Origin: Parcubacteria bacterium C7867-004
GTDB lineage: Bacteria; Patescibacteriota; Minisyncoccia; Phycocordibacterales; Phycocordibacteraceae
NCBI GenBank assembly: GCA_001189075.1
Contig: LFCN01000006.1
Coordinates: 321,746-385,745, forward strand
DNA: 64,000 bases
Direction: 5' to 3'
In this document: positions 38,126 through 48,889 of the stretch, in pieces
Layout of the letters: each line of letters begins with the position of its first letter
Numbering within the stretch: the first letter of the stretch is position 1
Position numbers and translations under genes: made by a program
Notes under the pieces: model-generated
Databases searched by the model: none
What the model was told of the DNA's origin: nothing
The model's input: only the letters and a program-made list of their open reading frames with translations

Positions 38126-38226
38126 GAGCGCTTCTCCCGTAACAGACCAAAGGGGGTCTAGAACCTTGCTGACAAGGAGCTAGAATCTAAGTATTATAAT
38201 ACACTTTATGGGAATAAAGTCAAGTG

Positions 38227-38308
38227 TGCCCGGGAGAGGACTTGAACCTCCACCCCCGAAGGGACCTGCTCCTAAGGCAAGCGTGTATACCAATTTCACC
38301 ACCCGGGC
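38227..38308 (-). tRNA. tRNA-Leu (anticodon TAG), long variable arm
   Basis: Reverse complement: GCCCGGG-TG-..-CTTGC-CTTAGGA-GCAGG-(variable arm TCCCTTCGGGGGT)-GGAGG-TTCAAGT-CCTCT-CCCGGGC-A. Confidence 0.8.
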
Positions 38309-38400
38309 AATGCGGATATCCTACCAGGAAAACGCTATTCCTACCCGCGTCCACAGGAATATTGAAAAAGCGATGAACATAGACTACAGTAGTGCTACAC

Positions 38401-38473
38401 GCGCCTGTAGCTCAGTTGGTAGAGCAACTCCCTCTTAAGGAGATGGTCCCTGGTTCGAATCCAGGCAGGCGCA
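38401..38473 (+). tRNA. tRNA-Lys (anticodon CTT)
   Basis: GCGCCTG-TA-GCTC-AGTTGGTA-GAGC-A-ACTCC-CTCTTAA-GGAGA-TGGTC-CCTGG-TTCGAAT-CCAGG-CAGGCGC-A. Confidence 0.8.
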
Positions 38474-38479
38474 CAAATG

Positions 38480-38512
38480 AAGAAAGCGCAGGCTCTGGCC
38501 TGCGCTTTCTCT
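38480..38512. terminator. bidirectional rho-independent terminator
   Basis: AAAGCGCAGG-CTCTG-GCCTGCGCTTT between tRNA-Lys (+) and alr (-). Confidence 0.65.
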
Positions 38513-39653
38513 ATTCCACGACACGCCTGAGGTGCTCGGCGATATGGACGGTTATGACGTACGGGGAGGTCTCGTCCAGCTTCGCGATCTCGGCGATCGA
38601 GTTCGGTTTCTCAGGATCTCGCCCGATAATCACAACCGTATCGCCTCGCTTGGCGTCGGGGATGTCAGTCACGTCTATGGAGGTCATATTCATGGATACG
38701 CGTCCCGCTATAGGAGCCTCCTTGCCATTAACCATGAATGACCCTCGGTTCGAGAGCCCGCGATCGACCCCTTCGAAGTAACCCACGGGAACGGTAGCAA
38801 TACGTGACGCGCGCTTGGCACGGAAGGTGGTGTTGTACCCGACCGCGTCGCCTTCGGGTATCTCGCGAATAGAGGTTATGAGGGCGCGCATCTCAAGCAC
38901 GGGCAGGAGCGTAACTTCGTCGACCGGAGACATATCGTATCCGAAGAGTCCCATGCCGATGCGCGCAGTGTTCATGCAGGAGGAGTCGCTGAACCGTATG
39001 CCCTTGGTTGCGGCAAGATGCCGGTATTCGATTGTACGGAATGCCGCGTCCAGCATTGCGAGCATCTTCTTCCATGACGCTATCTGCTGATTGCTGAACG
39101 AAGGATCTACGTTATCAGCATCAGCAAAGTGCGAACAGACACCAACGACACGCAGGTGCGTATTGGCCTCCAGAAGGGCTATAGCTTCTTCAAGATCAGT
39201 TGGAAGGATGCCATGTCGATGCATCCCGGTGTCGAGCTTTATATGCAGGCGTACGCTCTTGTCTGCGAGCCGGCTGAGTTCCCTCAGCTGCTCTATGTCC
39301 GTAATGGCGTAGTCGACGTTCCGGATGCTGCTGTCCGCGATGTATTCCGGTCGCACGTACCCCATAACGGTTATACGTGACCTGATACCGCTCCTACGGA
39401 GCTTCTCAGCCTCGTAGAGGGAATCAACCGCGAAGAATGCGATATCTTCCGTATCAAGGATCTCGGCAACGGGTATGAGTCCGTGCCCGTACGCATTGCT
39501 CTTCAGTACGGGAGCGATTCTGATATCCGGATAGCGTTCCTGGTATGCATGGAGGTTATGCAGCAGGTTCTTTTTTGAAATGGATACCGTGATGAGCGGC
39601 TCGTGGTAGGCGAGCGTCTTTCGTATCCCTTTGATGATGTGTCGAATATTCAT
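38511..39653 (-). CDS. alr: alanine racemase
   Basis: PLP-binding motif PVLKSNAYGHG near the N-terminus. Two-domain size of about 380 aa. Start chosen at MNIRHIIKG to avoid overlap with tRNA-Leu. Confidence 0.75.
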   Translation of the reverse strand: MNIRHIIKGIRKTLAYHEPLITVSISKKNLLHNLHAYQERYPDIRIAPVLKSNAYGHGLIPVAEILDTEDIAFFAVDSLYEAEKLRRSGIRSRITVMGYVRPEYIADSSIRNVDYAITDIEQLRELSRLADKSVRLHIKLDTGMHRHGILPTDLEEAIALLEANTHLRVVGVCSHFADADNVDPSFSNQQIASWKKMLAMLDAAFRTIEYRHLAATKGIRFSDSSCMNTARIGMGLFGYDMSPVDEVTLLPVLEMRALITSIREIPEGDAVGYNTTFRAKRASRIATVPVGYFEGVDRGLSNRGSFMVNGKEAPIAGRVSMNMTSIDVTDIPDAKRGDTVVIIGRDPEKPNSIAEIAKLDETSPYVITVHIAEHLRRVVE

Positions 39654-39658
39654 GTTGG

Positions 39659-39745
39659 TACCGGGAGTGGGACTTGAACCCACATGAGCCGTTAGGCTCA
39701 CGACGTTTTAAGCGTCGCGTGTATAACCAATTCCACCATCCCGGC
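39659..39745 (-). tRNA. tRNA-Leu (anticodon TAA), long variable arm
   Basis: Reverse complement: GCCGGGA-TG-..-CGACG-CTTAAAA-CGTCG-(variable arm TGAGCCTAACGGCTCAT)-GTGGG-TTCAAGT-CCCAC-TCCCGGT-A. Confidence 0.75.
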
Positions 39746-40226
39746 GCTTCAGTCGAATGTTACTGCCTCTATGCGTTAGTTTCAAACTATGACAATTAGG
39801 GCAAAGAATACGAAGGTTCTCTAATCTATTGTCCGTATTGTCTCCATTTATGTGGTCCAGCTCAATTGGAAGTCTCCCGTCAATACTTTTTTCTGCCCAT
39901 CCACATTCCTCACACTCAGGTTTCTTTAATCCAGCATTAAATAATCGCCTTTTAAGATTCCGCCTCGATCTTCGGCTTCCTGCGATAAAGAGCTCCTCAA
40001 GCGAGTATATCGGTTGCCTAGGAATGCTTATGCCTTTATGCCAAGCCTGACCTTTGAAATGAGATGTATCGATCTGGAATTTGCGAATATAGAAATAGTA
40101 TTGAGCATAATTCCCTCCTGCGGGAACTAAACCCAATTTAGAGATCACTTCTCGAACAGTTATTGACTCAAGCACCGCTTTTCGGATATTAGATTCTTCC
40201 CATCGTCCAGGAATACGAGCGGTCAT
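39708..40226 (-). CDS. HNH homing-endonuclease-like protein
   Basis: C-terminal HNH motif LDHINGDNTDNRLENLRILCPNCHS with Zn-ribbon Cys pair PECEECGW. N-terminal helix-turn-helix-like segment. Region is about 40% GC. 3' end overlaps the tRNA-Leu(TAA) 5' end by about 38 nt. Confidence 0.7.
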   Translation of the reverse strand: MTARIPGRWEESNIRKAVLESITVREVISKLGLVPAGGNYAQYYFYIRKFQIDTSHFKGQAWHKGISIPRQPIYSLEELFIAGSRRSRRNLKRRLFNAGLKKPECEECGWAEKSIDGRLPIELDHINGDNTDNRLENLRILCPNCHSLKLTHRGSNIRLKRRDGGIGYTRDA

Positions 40227-40260
40227 TAGCCATAGGCTAACAACTTCGAGCTAAAATCTA
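39708..40260 (-). mobile_element. AT-rich insertion carrying a free-standing HNH endonuclease gene next to tRNA-Leu(TAA)
   Basis: Abrupt GC drop (about 40% versus about 57%), HNH ORF, and immediate juxtaposition and overlap with a tRNA gene. Confidence 0.5.
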
Positions 40261-40392
40261 TCTCGAGAAAACTTCAAGTATTTATGAGGCCCAGACGGAA
40301 ATCGCATCCGTGCATAGCGGGTTTGCAATCCGCCGCGTTTCTACTTCGCCACTGAGCCGTAGGAGGATGATAACGCGCCTCGGCCGTGTGCG

Positions 40393-40752
40393 CTACGCGC
40401 TTTCCTCAGTGCTTTCGCTGGTAGCTTCAAGCTCTCGGGTAAGCTCTTCCAGATGCTGGCGATTACGCTCCCCACGATCAAGCTCGAACCGGATATAGGG
40501 AAGTCGCGCTAAGCGCGTCGTCTTCTTGAGCTCATTACGGAAAAGGTCCTTGTGGCGCATCAGAAAGGCGAGTGCGTGCCCCTCCTGGGCATCAGGGTAG
40601 ACGCTGACATAGATAGTCGCATCCTTACGGTCCTTGGATACCACCACGCGAGTAGGGGTGATAAGGGTATCGCGTCCCGCCTCACGCGCGATATAGCGCC
40701 CTGCTTGCTCAAGAAGTATGGAAACGGCCCGTTCGTCGCGTGCGCTGCTCAT
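40393..40752 (-). CDS. rbfA: ribosome-binding factor A
   Basis: 119 aa. LITPTRVVVSKDRKDATIYVSV..LRNELKKTTRLARLPYIRFELD matches the RbfA pattern. Lies directly downstream of infB. Confidence 0.75.
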   Translation of the reverse strand: MSSARDERAVSILLEQAGRYIAREAGRDTLITPTRVVVSKDRKDATIYVSVYPDAQEGHALAFLMRHKDLFRNELKKTTRLARLPYIRFELDRGERNRQHLEELTRELEATSESTEESA

Positions 40753-40753
40753 A

Positions 40754-42238
40754 TTAGGTTTCCGTCATGCGGAAAGCGATGAGGGTGTCACCGGCAGCCG
40801 CTTCATACCGGCCCTCAAGCTGGAGACCGAACTCGCCTTCCATCTTTATCTCAGAGACGTCTGCGCGCGCTACCTGCAGGTTCGTGAGCTTCGAGGTGCC
40901 GATCGGCTGGCCGCGACGATCTACCTTCACGAGGTTCCCGACCGTGAGTACGCCGGAGATCCAGCGAGCACCGAGGACCTGCTTGCTGCTGGTGCCGCCG
41001 AATGCCTTAAGGACCTTTGCTTCGCCCAGGATCTCTTCGACGGTTACGCGCGGAGCACGTTCCTTCACGAGCTCCTCGATGCGCTCCTTGAGATCGTAGA
41101 TGATCGAGAAAGTGTCTATGGAAACCTTTGAGCGCTCGGCCCAGTCGCGTCCGGCAGCGTCAGTGCCTACGTTGAAGGCTACGATGAACCCTCCTGCCGC
41201 AGCCGCAGCCTTTACGTCGTTCTCGCCAACCGCGCCGATGCCCTCCTGGATGATCTTGATAACGACACGCTCATGCTCGACTTTCGCGAGCTCATGTTTG
41301 ATGGCGAGGATACTGCCGCTCGCGTCCGCTTTGATAACCAGTGGAAGGGTAGCGATACCGCTCTCGTTCTGCTGCGCAGGAATGTTCTTAATCGACTCGG
41401 GCCGCCCAAGGACCGCGAGCTTCTCAGCTTCCTTCTTGCTATCTGCCGCAACGAAGGGCGTACCAGCCGGGGGAAGCGCATTCCAGTTGGAGATACGGAT
41501 CGGCTGCGCGGGAAGTGCTTCCTTGATACGGTTACCCGCGAAGTCCTCGATGAAGCGGACAGGAGCAAAGGTGTCTCCAGCGATAACGAACTGTCCGGTA
41601 GAAAGCGTACCGTCTTTGATGATCAGTGTCGCAGCGATGCCCTGCTTCGGATCCTGAGAAGATTCGAGTACGAAGCCGGTTGCGGGAAGCGCGCTATCTG
41701 CGGTCAGTTCCGCGAGATCAGCGGTAAGGAGTACGAGGTCGAGAAGCTCCGGAACACCCTCACCGGTCTTGGAGGAGACACCGACGAACGGTATCGAACC
41801 TCCCACGCCTTCGAGATAGATACCGTTCTCGAGTGCGGAGACCTTCGCACGTTCGATATCGGCGCCGTTCTTATCGATCTTCGTGAACGCGACGACGAAC
41901 GGCGTTCCTGCTTCGGTTATCGCCTCGAATGCTTCAAGCGTCTGCGGCTTTACGCCTTCTTCCGCGGCGATAACGAGGATCGCGATGTCCGCTACGGCAG
42001 CGCCGCGTGCACGAAGCGCGCGGAATGCTTCGTGTCCTGGGGTGTCGAGGAAGGTGATTCGACGCTTCGTACCTTCGTGCTCATGCTCAGCTTCGTATGC
42101 GGAGACGTGCTGCGTGATACCGCCGGCCTCTCCCGCCGTTACGTTCGCAGCGCGAATGTAATCGAGCAAGGAAGACTTGCCGTGATCGATGTGACCCATA
42201 ACGGCCACGACAGGTGGTCGGGGAGCGAGTGCCATAGT
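40754..42238 (-). CDS. infB: translation initiation factor IF-2 (short form beginning at the G domain)
   Basis: G1 [18 protein letters not shown]3 DTPGHEAF, G4 TKIDK, and the C-terminal IF2 beta-barrel and C2 domains. About 495 aa. Confidence 0.9.
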   Translation of the reverse strand, partial: TMALAPRPPVVAVMGHIDHGKSSLLDYIRAANVTAGEAGGITQHVSAYEAEHEHEGTKRRITFLDTPGHEAFRALRARGAAVADIAILVIAAEEGVKPQTLEAFEAITEAGTPFVVAFTKIDKNGADIERAKVSALENGIYLEGVGGSIPFVGVSSKTGEGVPELLDLVLLTADLAELTADSALPATGFVLESSQDPKQGIAATLIIKDGTLSTGQFVIAGDTFAPVRFIEDFAGNRIKEALPAQPIRISNWNALPPAGTPFVAADSKKEAEKLAVLGRPESIKNIPAQQNESGIATLPLVIKADASGSILAIKHELAKVEHERVVIKIIQEGIGAVGENDVKAAAAAGGFIVAFNVGTDAAGRDWAERSKVSIDTFSIIYDLKERIEELVKERAPRVTVEEILGEAKVLKAFGGTSSKQVLGARWISGVLTVGNLVKVDRRGQPIGTSKLTNLQVARADVSEIKMEGEFGLQLEGRYEAAAGDTLIAFRMTET

Positions 42239-42294
42239 CCAGTAAATATACCATTTTACTTGCATAAACACAATGTAAGAGGCAGGCTGTACCT

Positions 42295-43473
42295 ATGTTT
42301 TCGAAGAAACGCATCTATCTCGATTGGGCAGCAGCGGCAACGGTATCGCGCGTAGCGAAGGAGGCATGTGCACGCGCGCTCGATTCATTCGGGAATCCTT
42401 CCTCGCCGCACGCAGAGGGCCGTAAAGCGCATGCAATTCTTGAAGATGCGCGCACGCGAATCGCAGCGCTCGCGGGAGTGAAAGCGGATGCAGTCATATT
42501 CACGAGCAATGCTACCGAAGCGAATGCGCTCGCGATCGAGGGGATTGTCCACGCGCATCTGCAGAAGGGAGTGCAGCCGGCAGACGTGCACGTCCTCTAT
42601 CTCCCAAGCGCGCATTCCTCGACCATTGGCGCTGTCGAACGACTGAGGGCGGTCGGTGTCTCGACTGAAGCGCTCACACTCACAAATGCTTCGATTGATC
42701 TAACAGCTCTCAAAGAACAACTTCGTCCCACGACCCTACTTATTGCGCTTGAGGCCGTATGTGGAGAAACGGGAACCCGCTTTGATGTTCGAGGTGTGCG
42801 TCAGGTGCTTGATACCTATCAGAAGGAGAGCGGTACACGCATCTATCTGCATGCCGATGCGAGCCAATTGCCGCTTGCGGAATCGTTCCTTCGCACCCGG
42901 CTTGCCTCTGATACCCTTTCGCTCGATGCACAGAAAGTAGGAGGCGTGCGCGGCGTGGGCGCGCTCATCGCTCCTCGACAGATTCCGCTCTCTCCTATCA
43001 TGAGCGGCGGAGGCCAGGAACGGGGACTGCGACCTGGTACCGAAGCTACCGCGCCCATCGCAGCGTTCGCAGCAGCACTTACAGAGGTTGCCGCTCTGCG
43101 TGAATCGTTCGCAGCTGATTCTTGTCGAAAGCGGGAACGACTTCTCGCACGCATACTGAAAGAGATTCCGAATGCCATTGAAAATGGGGGGTCTTCGCAC
43201 GTCTCGCATATCCTGAACGTATCTCTCATAGGTCGCGACACCGACTACCTCGTAGCGCTTCTGGACGAAGCGGGATTCGCGGTCTCGACACGAAGTGCTT
43301 GTGATAGCGACGAAGAGGGATCGAGGGCCGTACACGCGTACACCACTGATGCGGCTCGAGCCGGTTCGACCTTACGCGTTTCCTGGGGTCCAGGCGTGAC
43401 CGATCGGGAGCTTGACCGGTTCGCGACAAGCCTTATCCACGCAGTTCGATTCCTTGATGCGAACACGCTATAA
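42295..43473 (+). CDS. cysteine desulfurase (class V aminotransferase, IscS/NifS-like)
   Basis: N-terminal YLDWAAAATVSRVAKEA..GNPSSPHAEGRKA and the PLP-dependent fold II arrangement. Candidate catalytic Cys lies in TRSACDS. Confidence 0.7.
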   Translation: MFSKKRIYLDWAAAATVSRVAKEACARALDSFGNPSSPHAEGRKAHAILEDARTRIAALAGVKADAVIFTSNATEANALAIEGIVHAHLQKGVQPADVHVLYLPSAHSSTIGAVERLRAVGVSTEALTLTNASIDLTALKEQLRPTTLLIALEAVCGETGTRFDVRGVRQVLDTYQKESGTRIYLHADASQLPLAESFLRTRLASDTLSLDAQKVGGVRGVGALIAPRQIPLSPIMSGGGQERGLRPGTEATAPIAAFAAALTEVAALRESFAADSCRKRERLLARILKEIPNAIENGGSSHVSHILNVSLIGRDTDYLVALLDEAGFAVSTRSACDSDEEGSRAVHAYTTDAARAGSTLRVSWGPGVTDRELDRFATSLIHAVRFLDANTL

Positions 43474-43480
43474 TTTCGGT

Positions 43481-44227
43481 ATGAACATCGAAGACCTGTC
43501 GAAGACCCAGCTCCTGCTTCTTACCATCCTCGTGAACTTCGTGACCGCTATCGCAACTGCGGTCATGACGGTGACGCTGCTCGATGAAGCGCCGCCCACC
43601 GTCACGCAAACGGTCAACCGGATCGTCGAACGTACGGTCGAGACCGCAGCACAGGCGACCGCTCCGTTGCCGGGCATCGTAACGAAAGAGACGACGGTCA
43701 TCATCAAGGACGAGGATCTCCTGGCGGCAGCGATCAGTGCCGACGCTTCACGCACCGTGCTCATCTACAAGGGTGCGACCACGACCCCGGCGCTTGCGGT
43801 CGGTACGTTCCTCCCGGGCGCTCGCGCTATCGTCACGGCAACGGTTGTCGGCCTCCCAAAAGAAGTCCGCATCGCGTTCCCTGATGGAAGCACTGCCGAA
43901 GCATCGCTTTCAAAGCCAGGGGCGACGCTCACGGTCTACGGCTTCTCAGACACCGCGGTCCTTCCGAAGGTCGCTACCCCTGACCTCATCAAAGCCGCTG
44001 AGCTCAAACAGGGACAGACGCTTGTCGCGCTCACGCGCGACGGTTCGGCTACCACCGGCATTATCTCGAAGGTCACCGCGGATAACGTCTATGCGAACGT
44101 CGCCGGCATCCCGGTAGGCGCTGCCGCAGTTAATATCTCAGGCGACGTCATTGGCATCGCAACAGCTAGCCCGGGCGTATTCGCTACCGCAGATAAGATA
44201 CTCACGCTCCTTTCCGCCGCGCCGTAA
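43481..44227 (+). CDS. membrane-anchored protein with degenerate trypsin-like (S1C) C-terminal segment
   Basis: N-terminal TM anchor. C-terminus NISGDVIGIATA resembles GNSGGPL..GEVIGINTA of DegP-type proteases but lacks the catalytic Ser context. Confidence 0.35.
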   Translation: MNIEDLSKTQLLLLTILVNFVTAIATAVMTVTLLDEAPPTVTQTVNRIVERTVETAAQATAPLPGIVTKETTVIIKDEDLLAAAISADASRTVLIYKGATTTPALAVGTFLPGARAIVTATVVGLPKEVRIAFPDGSTAEASLSKPGATLTVYGFSDTAVLPKVATPDLIKAAELKQGQTLVALTRDGSATTGIISKVTADNVYANVAGIPVGAAAVNISGDVIGIATASPGVFATADKILTLLSAAP

Positions 44228-44273
44228 GAAGGATTTCACTCTCACGTCATTACTCGTATAGGACACTCACCTC

Positions 44274-46967
44274 ATGCCCCCATTCAAGAACTTCACCACC
44301 AAAGCAAAGGAAGCCATCCGCAAAGCGCATGAGCTCGCGATCGAACGGGGACAGAACCATGTTAGCCCCTTGCATCTCCTAACTGCGCTCGTGCACCAGG
44401 AGGAAAGCCTCGTATTCTCGGTGCTCGACCGCATGGATATCGATACGCTCCTTCTTGCCGATACGCTGCTTGAGACGCTTGAGATCCCCGAGACCAGCTC
44501 CACGCTCTCTCCTTCATACAACCTGTACCTCACGCCTGATCTTGCTGAGGCGCTTGAAGCAGCGGCAAAGGTAGCGGCGAGGATGAATGATTCATTCGTC
44601 GGAACGGAACACCTCTTCGTATCCGTACTTGAGCACCCAGGGTCGGCTTCCGAAGTACTCGCGCGCTTCCGCATCGATGCAGAGACCGTTCTTTTGCTCC
44701 TTAAGGAGCTCAAGAATGCGAAAGACGGGGATGTTAAGGAGCCGAAGCGCTTCCGCGCGCTCTCCAAGTACACCCGCAACCTGACCCGCATGGCGGCTGA
44801 CAACGCGCTTGATCCGGTTATCGGGCGTGATCAGGAGATCAGCCGTGTCATACAGATCCTTTCCCGTCGCACGAAGAACAATCCCGTACTCATCGGCGAA
44901 CCGGGAACGGGAAAGACAACCATCGCTGAAGGACTCGCGTCCCGCATCGCTACGGGTGACGTCCCGGAGTCGCTCAAAGGCAAGGAGCTCCTCTCGCTCG
45001 ACCTCGGTCTCATGATCGCGGGCACGAAGTATCGCGGAGAGTTCGAGGAGCGCATGAAGGCGGTTATGAAGGAGGTAGAGAAGTCGGATGGGAAAGTAAT
45101 CCTCTTCGTCGACGAGCTCCATACCATCGTTGGAGCCGGAGCAGCCGAAGGCGCGATGGACGCGTCCAATATGCTCAAGCCCGCGCTTTCGCGTGGCGAG
45201 ATCCGCATGATCGGCGCTACTACCCTTAAGGAATACCAGCAGCACATCGAGAAGGATGGCGCGCTTACGCGTCGCTTCCAGCCGGTCTATGTCGAAGAAC
45301 CGTCCATCGAGGACGCAACCGCTATCCTTCGCGGACTCCGCGACAAGTACGAGCTGTATCATGGCGTGCGCATAACTGACGGCGCAGTTGTTTCCGCGGT
45401 AGAGCTCTCGAGCCGCTACATAACCGACCGCTTCCTTCCCGACAAGGCGGTTGATCTTATCGACGAAGCTGCTTCCGGTCTTCGTATCGCACTTGAGAAC
45501 AAGCCGCCGGCTCTCGAAGAGACCGATCGCAAGATCCGCAGGCTCGAGATAGAGCGTGAGGCGCTGCGTAAGGATGCGGAATCCCTCTCTACGAGCGAAC
45601 GAGGAAACGCTAAGGATGCGAAGGAGCGCATGAAGGGCATTGATACCGAGATTGCTGACCTCCGCGAGAAGACCGGAGAGCTCGAGCTCAAGTGGAAGAA
45701 CGAGAAAGAGGTCCTGGAGAGTATTCGTACGCTTAAGACCGAACTCGATGCGAATCGCGTGCAGGCGGAGAACGCCGAAGCGATGGCTGACCTCGGTACC
45801 GCCGCTGAGATTCGGTACGGTCGCATCCCGATGATGCAGAAGGAGCTCGAGACGAAGCTGAAGCGCTTGAAGACGCTCCAGAAGTCGCGCCGTATCCTGC
45901 ATGAGGAGGTAACGGAGGCTGAGATAGCTGGCGTGGTAGCGCGTTGGACGGGTATTCCGGTAGCGAAGATGCTCGAGGAAGAGGCGTCAAAGCTGGCCCG
46001 GATGGAAGAGGCGCTTCGTGGAGCGGTAGTGGGGCAGGACAAAGCGGTGAAAGCCATCACGGACGCGGTTAAGCGTTCACGCGTCGGCATCAGTGACCCG
46101 AACCGTCCGATTGGCTCGTTCCTCTTCTTAGGACCTACCGGCGTCGGAAAGACGGAACTCTCGCGCCGCTTGGCTGAGTTCATGTTCAACGATAAGGAGT
46201 CGCTGGTGCGTGTCGACATGTCGGAGTTCATGGAGAAGCACTCCATCGCGAAGCTCATCGGCGCGCCGCCCGGATATGTGGGCTACGAGGAAGCCGGTTC
46301 GCTCACCGAGCGCATCCGTCACCGTCCGTACGCGGTAGTGCTCTTCGATGAGATCGAGAAGGCGCATCCAGAGGTCTTCAACATCCTCCTGCAGGTGCTC
46401 GACTCGGGACATCTCACCGACGGCAAGGGACGCAAGATCAATTTCAAGAACACGATCATCGTCCTAACCTCGAATATCGGCGCCGAGTACATCGACCGCA
46501 TGGCTAACATCGGTTTCGCCTCGAGCGGATCGGATGATATGGCTAAATATGAACAGGTGAAAGACAAGGTCATGGGAGCGCTCAAGGACCACTTCCGCCC
46601 GGAGTTCCTGAACCGTCTTGATGACATCGTTATGTTCGATGTCCTCTCCAAGGAGACGCTCATGGAAATCGTCGAGCACCAGGTGAAGGACGTAGTCGAA
46701 CGCCTTGCCGGAAAGCGGATCTCTCTCACGCTCTCTCCTGAAGTACGCGCCTGGCTCTCCGAGAAGGGGTATAACCCGCAGTACGGGGCTCGACCGCTTA
46801 AGCGCGCCATCCAGGAGCACATCCTTACCCCTATTGCCTCGCTCATGGTTGAGCAGGGGGTTATGGAGGGCGGCTCCGTGAACGTGGTGCTGAAGGGCGG
46901 CCAGCCACACTTCGAGGCGCATAAGTCAGTCCGTAAAACGAAGCCAAAAGCCACGCTTGTGTCCTAG
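44274..46967 (+). CDS. clpB: ATP-dependent chaperone ClpB
   Basis: Two AAA+ modules (Walker [16 protein letters not shown] and [15 protein letters not shown]), a long coiled-coil M domain between them, and an N-terminal Clp_N repeat domain. 897 aa. Confidence 0.9.
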   Translation: MPPFKNFTTKAKEAIRKAHELAIERGQNHVSPLHLLTALVHQEESLVFSVLDRMDIDTLLLADTLLETLEIPETSSTLSPSYNLYLTPDLAEALEAAAKVAARMNDSFVGTEHLFVSVLEHPGSASEVLARFRIDAETVLLLLKELKNAKDGDVKEPKRFRALSKYTRNLTRMAADNALDPVIGRDQEISRVIQILSRRTKNNPVLIGEPGTGKTTIAEGLASRIATGDVPESLKGKELLSLDLGLMIAGTKYRGEFEERMKAVMKEVEKSDGKVILFVDELHTIVGAGAAEGAMDASNMLKPALSRGEIRMIGATTLKEYQQHIEKDGALTRRFQPVYVEEPSIEDATAILRGLRDKYELYHGVRITDGAVVSAVELSSRYITDRFLPDKAVDLIDEAASGLRIALENKPPALEETDRKIRRLEIEREALRKDAESLSTSERGNAKDAKERMKGIDTEIADLREKTGELELKWKNEKEVLESIRTLKTELDANRVQAENAEAMADLGTAAEIRYGRIPMMQKELETKLKRLKTLQKSRRILHEEVTEAEIAGVVARWTGIPVAKMLEEEASKLARMEEALRGAVVGQDKAVKAITDAVKRSRVGISDPNRPIGSFLFLGPTGVGKTELSRRLAEFMFNDKESLVRVDMSEFMEKHSIAKLIGAPPGYVGYEEAGSLTERIRHRPYAVVLFDEIEKAHPEVFNILLQVLDSGHLTDGKGRKINFKNTIIVLTSNIGAEYIDRMANIGFASSGSDDMAKYEQVKDKVMGALKDHFRPEFLNRLDDIVMFDVLSKETLMEIVEHQVKDVVERLAGKRISLTLSPEVRAWLSEKGYNPQYGARPLKRAIQEHILTPIASLMVEQGVMEGGSVNVVLKGGQPHFEAHKSVRKTKPKATLVS

Positions 46968-46995
46968 TTCTGGCCCTGGTATAGTCTGCCTATCT

Positions 46996-47148
46996 ATGTC
47001 ACAGGATCGACTCATCGTACTGCGCTCTGCGTCAGGCCACGTCCGCCGCAGCCGCAAGAATAAGAAGAAGGTAGAGCGCAAGATCGAGCTCAAGAAGTAC
47101 GACCCCAATACCCGCAAACGCGAGGTATACAAGGAAGCCAAGAAGTAA
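46996..47148 (+). CDS. rpmG: 50S ribosomal protein bL33
   Basis: 50 aa. ERKIELKKYDPNTRKREVYKEAKK matches the bL33 C-terminus ERLELKKYCP..HKETK. Confidence 0.65.
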   Translation: MSQDRLIVLRSASGHVRRSRKNKKKVERKIELKKYDPNTRKREVYKEAKK

Positions 47149-47154
47149 GACCAG

Positions 47155-47183
47155 CAACCGCCCGCAAGGGCGGTTTTTGGTTG
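47155..47183 (+). terminator. rho-independent terminator
   Basis: AACCGCCC-GCAA-GGGCGGTT followed by TTTTGGTTGG. Confidence 0.65.
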
Positions 47184-47241
47184 GGGATATCCTCCCGAGG
47201 TCGGTGTACATTCCTCCGTATTCGCTACAGAATGAGCGCAT

Positions 47242-48888
47242 ATGCGTTCACTAAACATTCATCCGAAGCTCCTTCCGACTCTCATCGTCCTCCTTGCCGT
47301 CTTTGTGGGCGTAGGAATCTACTTCTACACCAACCCCGAGACCTTCAAGGAACGCCTGGCCGATTCGCTCTCGACGGATACCGGACTTCCGTTTGATATC
47401 GATCTTGCGAAAGATTCTCTCACGGACGAGGAGAGTCAGGCGATGTGGGAAGCGCGCAACAAGCTCGCCGATTCGCTCGAGGGATATCCAATAGAAGCGA
47501 ATTTCCTTCCGGATCCGGTCCTTGTCCCACACCCTCAGGGCCAGGACTATCTCACACTCTACAAGATAGGAACGATAACGAACGGAGAACTGAAAGGCGA
47601 AACGTTGTATCTCGAATCGGAAGACGGTATGGGTGGTGCGTACTATAGCCGCGCAATTGTCAGGGACGGGAATGTCATCACGCTCCGGGAAAACCAATTC
47701 ACGTTCCCCTATGAGTACGACTTCCCGGAAATCATAAGCATACCCGGCACGCAGCATACGCTGAAGAAAGGAAGCACTGGCTGGTTCCTGTTCGATGAGA
47801 AGACGAAGTTACAATCGGTGTTTACGGATCCTCAGGCGCAGACGCTCTATCGTGCGGACTATGGCCAATGCCTCATCGCCGAGATGCCGGATCATATTGG
47901 CGTCTCCTACGACCTCGATATTCCGTTCGTGACAGAAGAGAGCGGAAAACTATCAGTGCGGCTTCCGAGCGGCTCCTTCTTCGAGGATGAATATGACTTC
48001 TTCAACTTCGGTTGTGGTGCCGGCTGCAGGCTCCTCCGATACGTCGATCCGGTCGAACTTGATCTTCCTGCGCGTCTTGCGCAGGTTGCTACCGATCCGA
48101 AGACGAACGAAGCGGTGTATGGCATCGCATCCAGCGAGGACCGTCGTCTCAAGGAATTGTATGCGGACGAGAACACGCTCGCGTATTTCCGTGAGGATGA
48201 TAACTGGGAGCATACGCCGACCAATAAATACACCTATCAGGAATTCCTCTCGCATAAGCCGCTCCTGTATTGGAAAGACCCGTGGGGAAAATGGATTGAA
48301 TTCCAAAATAAGCGATTCGCGACTGCGGCGGAGAAGTGTAAGCCTGTTATCTATCTGTATCCGCGTACCCCGGGAACGTTCCATGTGGAGGTAGCGCCGA
48401 ACGGTGGATTCACGAAGACCATTCCGGAATACGGCGACGGATGGGATGTGTTCGCACAACCCTCGGGATTGATCACTGATATCGCGAGCGGTCTTACGTA
48501 TCCGTACCTGTACTGGTCTGGCATCGGCATCAATTATCCTGAGATAACGGAAGGCTGGATCGTCCCCAAGGAGGGTGTCGATTCCTTCCTCTCGGAGAAG
48601 CTGTATGCGCTCGGTCTTGAAGGGAAGGAGATCGCGGATTTCAAGGAATACTGGGTACCGCGCCTCTCTGAGAAGCCGTACTACAAGATCTCGTTCATGG
48701 CCCCTCGTACCTTCGAGCAGCTCGCGCCTCTGAGCGTGGCGCCGATAGCGCCCGATACGAAGATTCGCGTGATGATGACCGCGCAGGCTACCGACGGCAC
48801 TGAATCCTTGCCAGTTCAGCATTTGCCGCAGCGCCCAGTACGCAACGGCTTCGTACTCGTCGAGTGGGGCGGCGCGGTGCTGTACTAG
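47242..48888 (+). CDS. membrane-anchored extracytoplasmic protein, function unknown
   Basis: 548 aa. N-terminal TM anchor (LLPTLIVLLAVFVGVGIYFY). Large Tyr/Trp/Asp-rich domain with no recognised motif. Confidence 0.5.
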   Translation: MRSLNIHPKLLPTLIVLLAVFVGVGIYFYTNPETFKERLADSLSTDTGLPFDIDLAKDSLTDEESQAMWEARNKLADSLEGYPIEANFLPDPVLVPHPQGQDYLTLYKIGTITNGELKGETLYLESEDGMGGAYYSRAIVRDGNVITLRENQFTFPYEYDFPEIISIPGTQHTLKKGSTGWFLFDEKTKLQSVFTDPQAQTLYRADYGQCLIAEMPDHIGVSYDLDIPFVTEESGKLSVRLPSGSFFEDEYDFFNFGCGAGCRLLRYVDPVELDLPARLAQVATDPKTNEAVYGIASSEDRRLKELYADENTLAYFREDDNWEHTPTNKYTYQEFLSHKPLLYWKDPWGKWIEFQNKRFATAAEKCKPVIYLYPRTPGTFHVEVAPNGGFTKTIPEYGDGWDVFAQPSGLITDIASGLTYPYLYWSGIGINYPEITEGWIVPKEGVDSFLSEKLYALGLEGKEIADFKEYWVPRLSEKPYYKISFMAPRTFEQLAPLSVAPIAPDTKIRVMMTAQATDGTESLPVQHLPQRPVRNGFVLVEWGGAVLY

Positions 48889-48889
48889 C

